Below are positions 63,485 through 64,000 of a stretch of 64,000 nucleotides of DNA, in pieces. The notes below the pieces were generated by a model, which worked only from the letters and a program-made list of their open reading frames with translations, was not told where the DNA came from and searched no databases. The translations under genes were made by a program, and so were the position numbers. This DNA comes from Moniliella sp. 'wahieum' (taxonomy: Eukaryota), in assembly GCA_003971905.1 (NCBI GenBank), contig RSEE01000074.1:1-64000 (forward strand), in the 5' to 3' direction. Position 1 is the first letter of the stretch; each line of letters begins with the position of its first letter.

Positions 63485-64000
63485 GCTAACCACACCCTGT
63501 GTGGCGCAAGCGCAAGTTGAAAGTGGCAAAAAGCCAGCTGCATGTGCCCTCCAACGCCATCGACGTCATCGATCAGTACTGAGATCCTGCAGCACCCACA
63601 TCTTGTGCGACCGATGTGATCTGTGTGTGACAGCTGGTTGATTCAGCCCTGGCCGCTTGCCACATCTGCTTCCCCCCTCCTCAGCCCACCAGCACGCCCA
63701 TGCGACAGGGCGCATCGTGGCGAGCGCCCTCCGCTCTGCCATGCAGTGGGGCAAACGCCAGATGGGTGTGCGAGGTGCAACACATGCATGCATGGTTACT
63801 AGTTACGCTTACTGGTTATTAGGGTGGGGCCACCTTTTGCTCATTAACAAAGCAAATCCTCCCCACAATTTTAGACGCAGGGGCCTATCTGTCCCTTTTT
63901 CACTTCGACTGGTCCTATGTATATACCACCCCGCCCTACACCCCTCGCCACCCGTCCCAGCATCAGCGTTGTTGCTGCCCACCGCTATTCAGCAGCAGCA

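Noticed and set aside
63819..63824. Telomeric TTAGGG
   Set aside because: Single copy, expected by chance.

Overview
Eukaryotic (fungal) genomic DNA. GC-rich, intron-poor genes with GT-AG introns and (A/G)CT(A/G)AC branch sites point to a basidiomycete, possibly Ustilaginomycotina (inference). I can support 11 protein genes: a GH16-acyltransferase-3 fusion, an alpha-arrestin, a Pmp3-like proteolipid, Tudor-SN, a GH18 chitinase, a bHLH-ZIP factor, a nitronate monooxygenase ending in SKL, ARP6, RTP1/TANGO6, a probable Myb/SANT-like protein and one orphan. There is also a Mn-SOD pseudogene, two intron-containing tRNA genes (Leu-CAA lacking its variable arm; degenerate Lys-CTT) and three solo LTRs with 5-bp target-site duplications. 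Almost every CDS is broken by many small indels, most likely an unpolished long-read assembly, so gene ends are approximate. The most striking unexplained signal is non-coding. Intergenic DNA is full of short tandem arrays that obey one sequence-independent rule, (TNA + 4-bp palindrome)n, i.e. tandem 7-bp odd palindromes ab-TNA-b'a'. I saw at least 13 of the 16 possible palindromic cores, in-register switching between cores, and chimeric higher-order repeats. This suggests a dedicated DNA-writing or duplication process rather than ordinary microsatellites.
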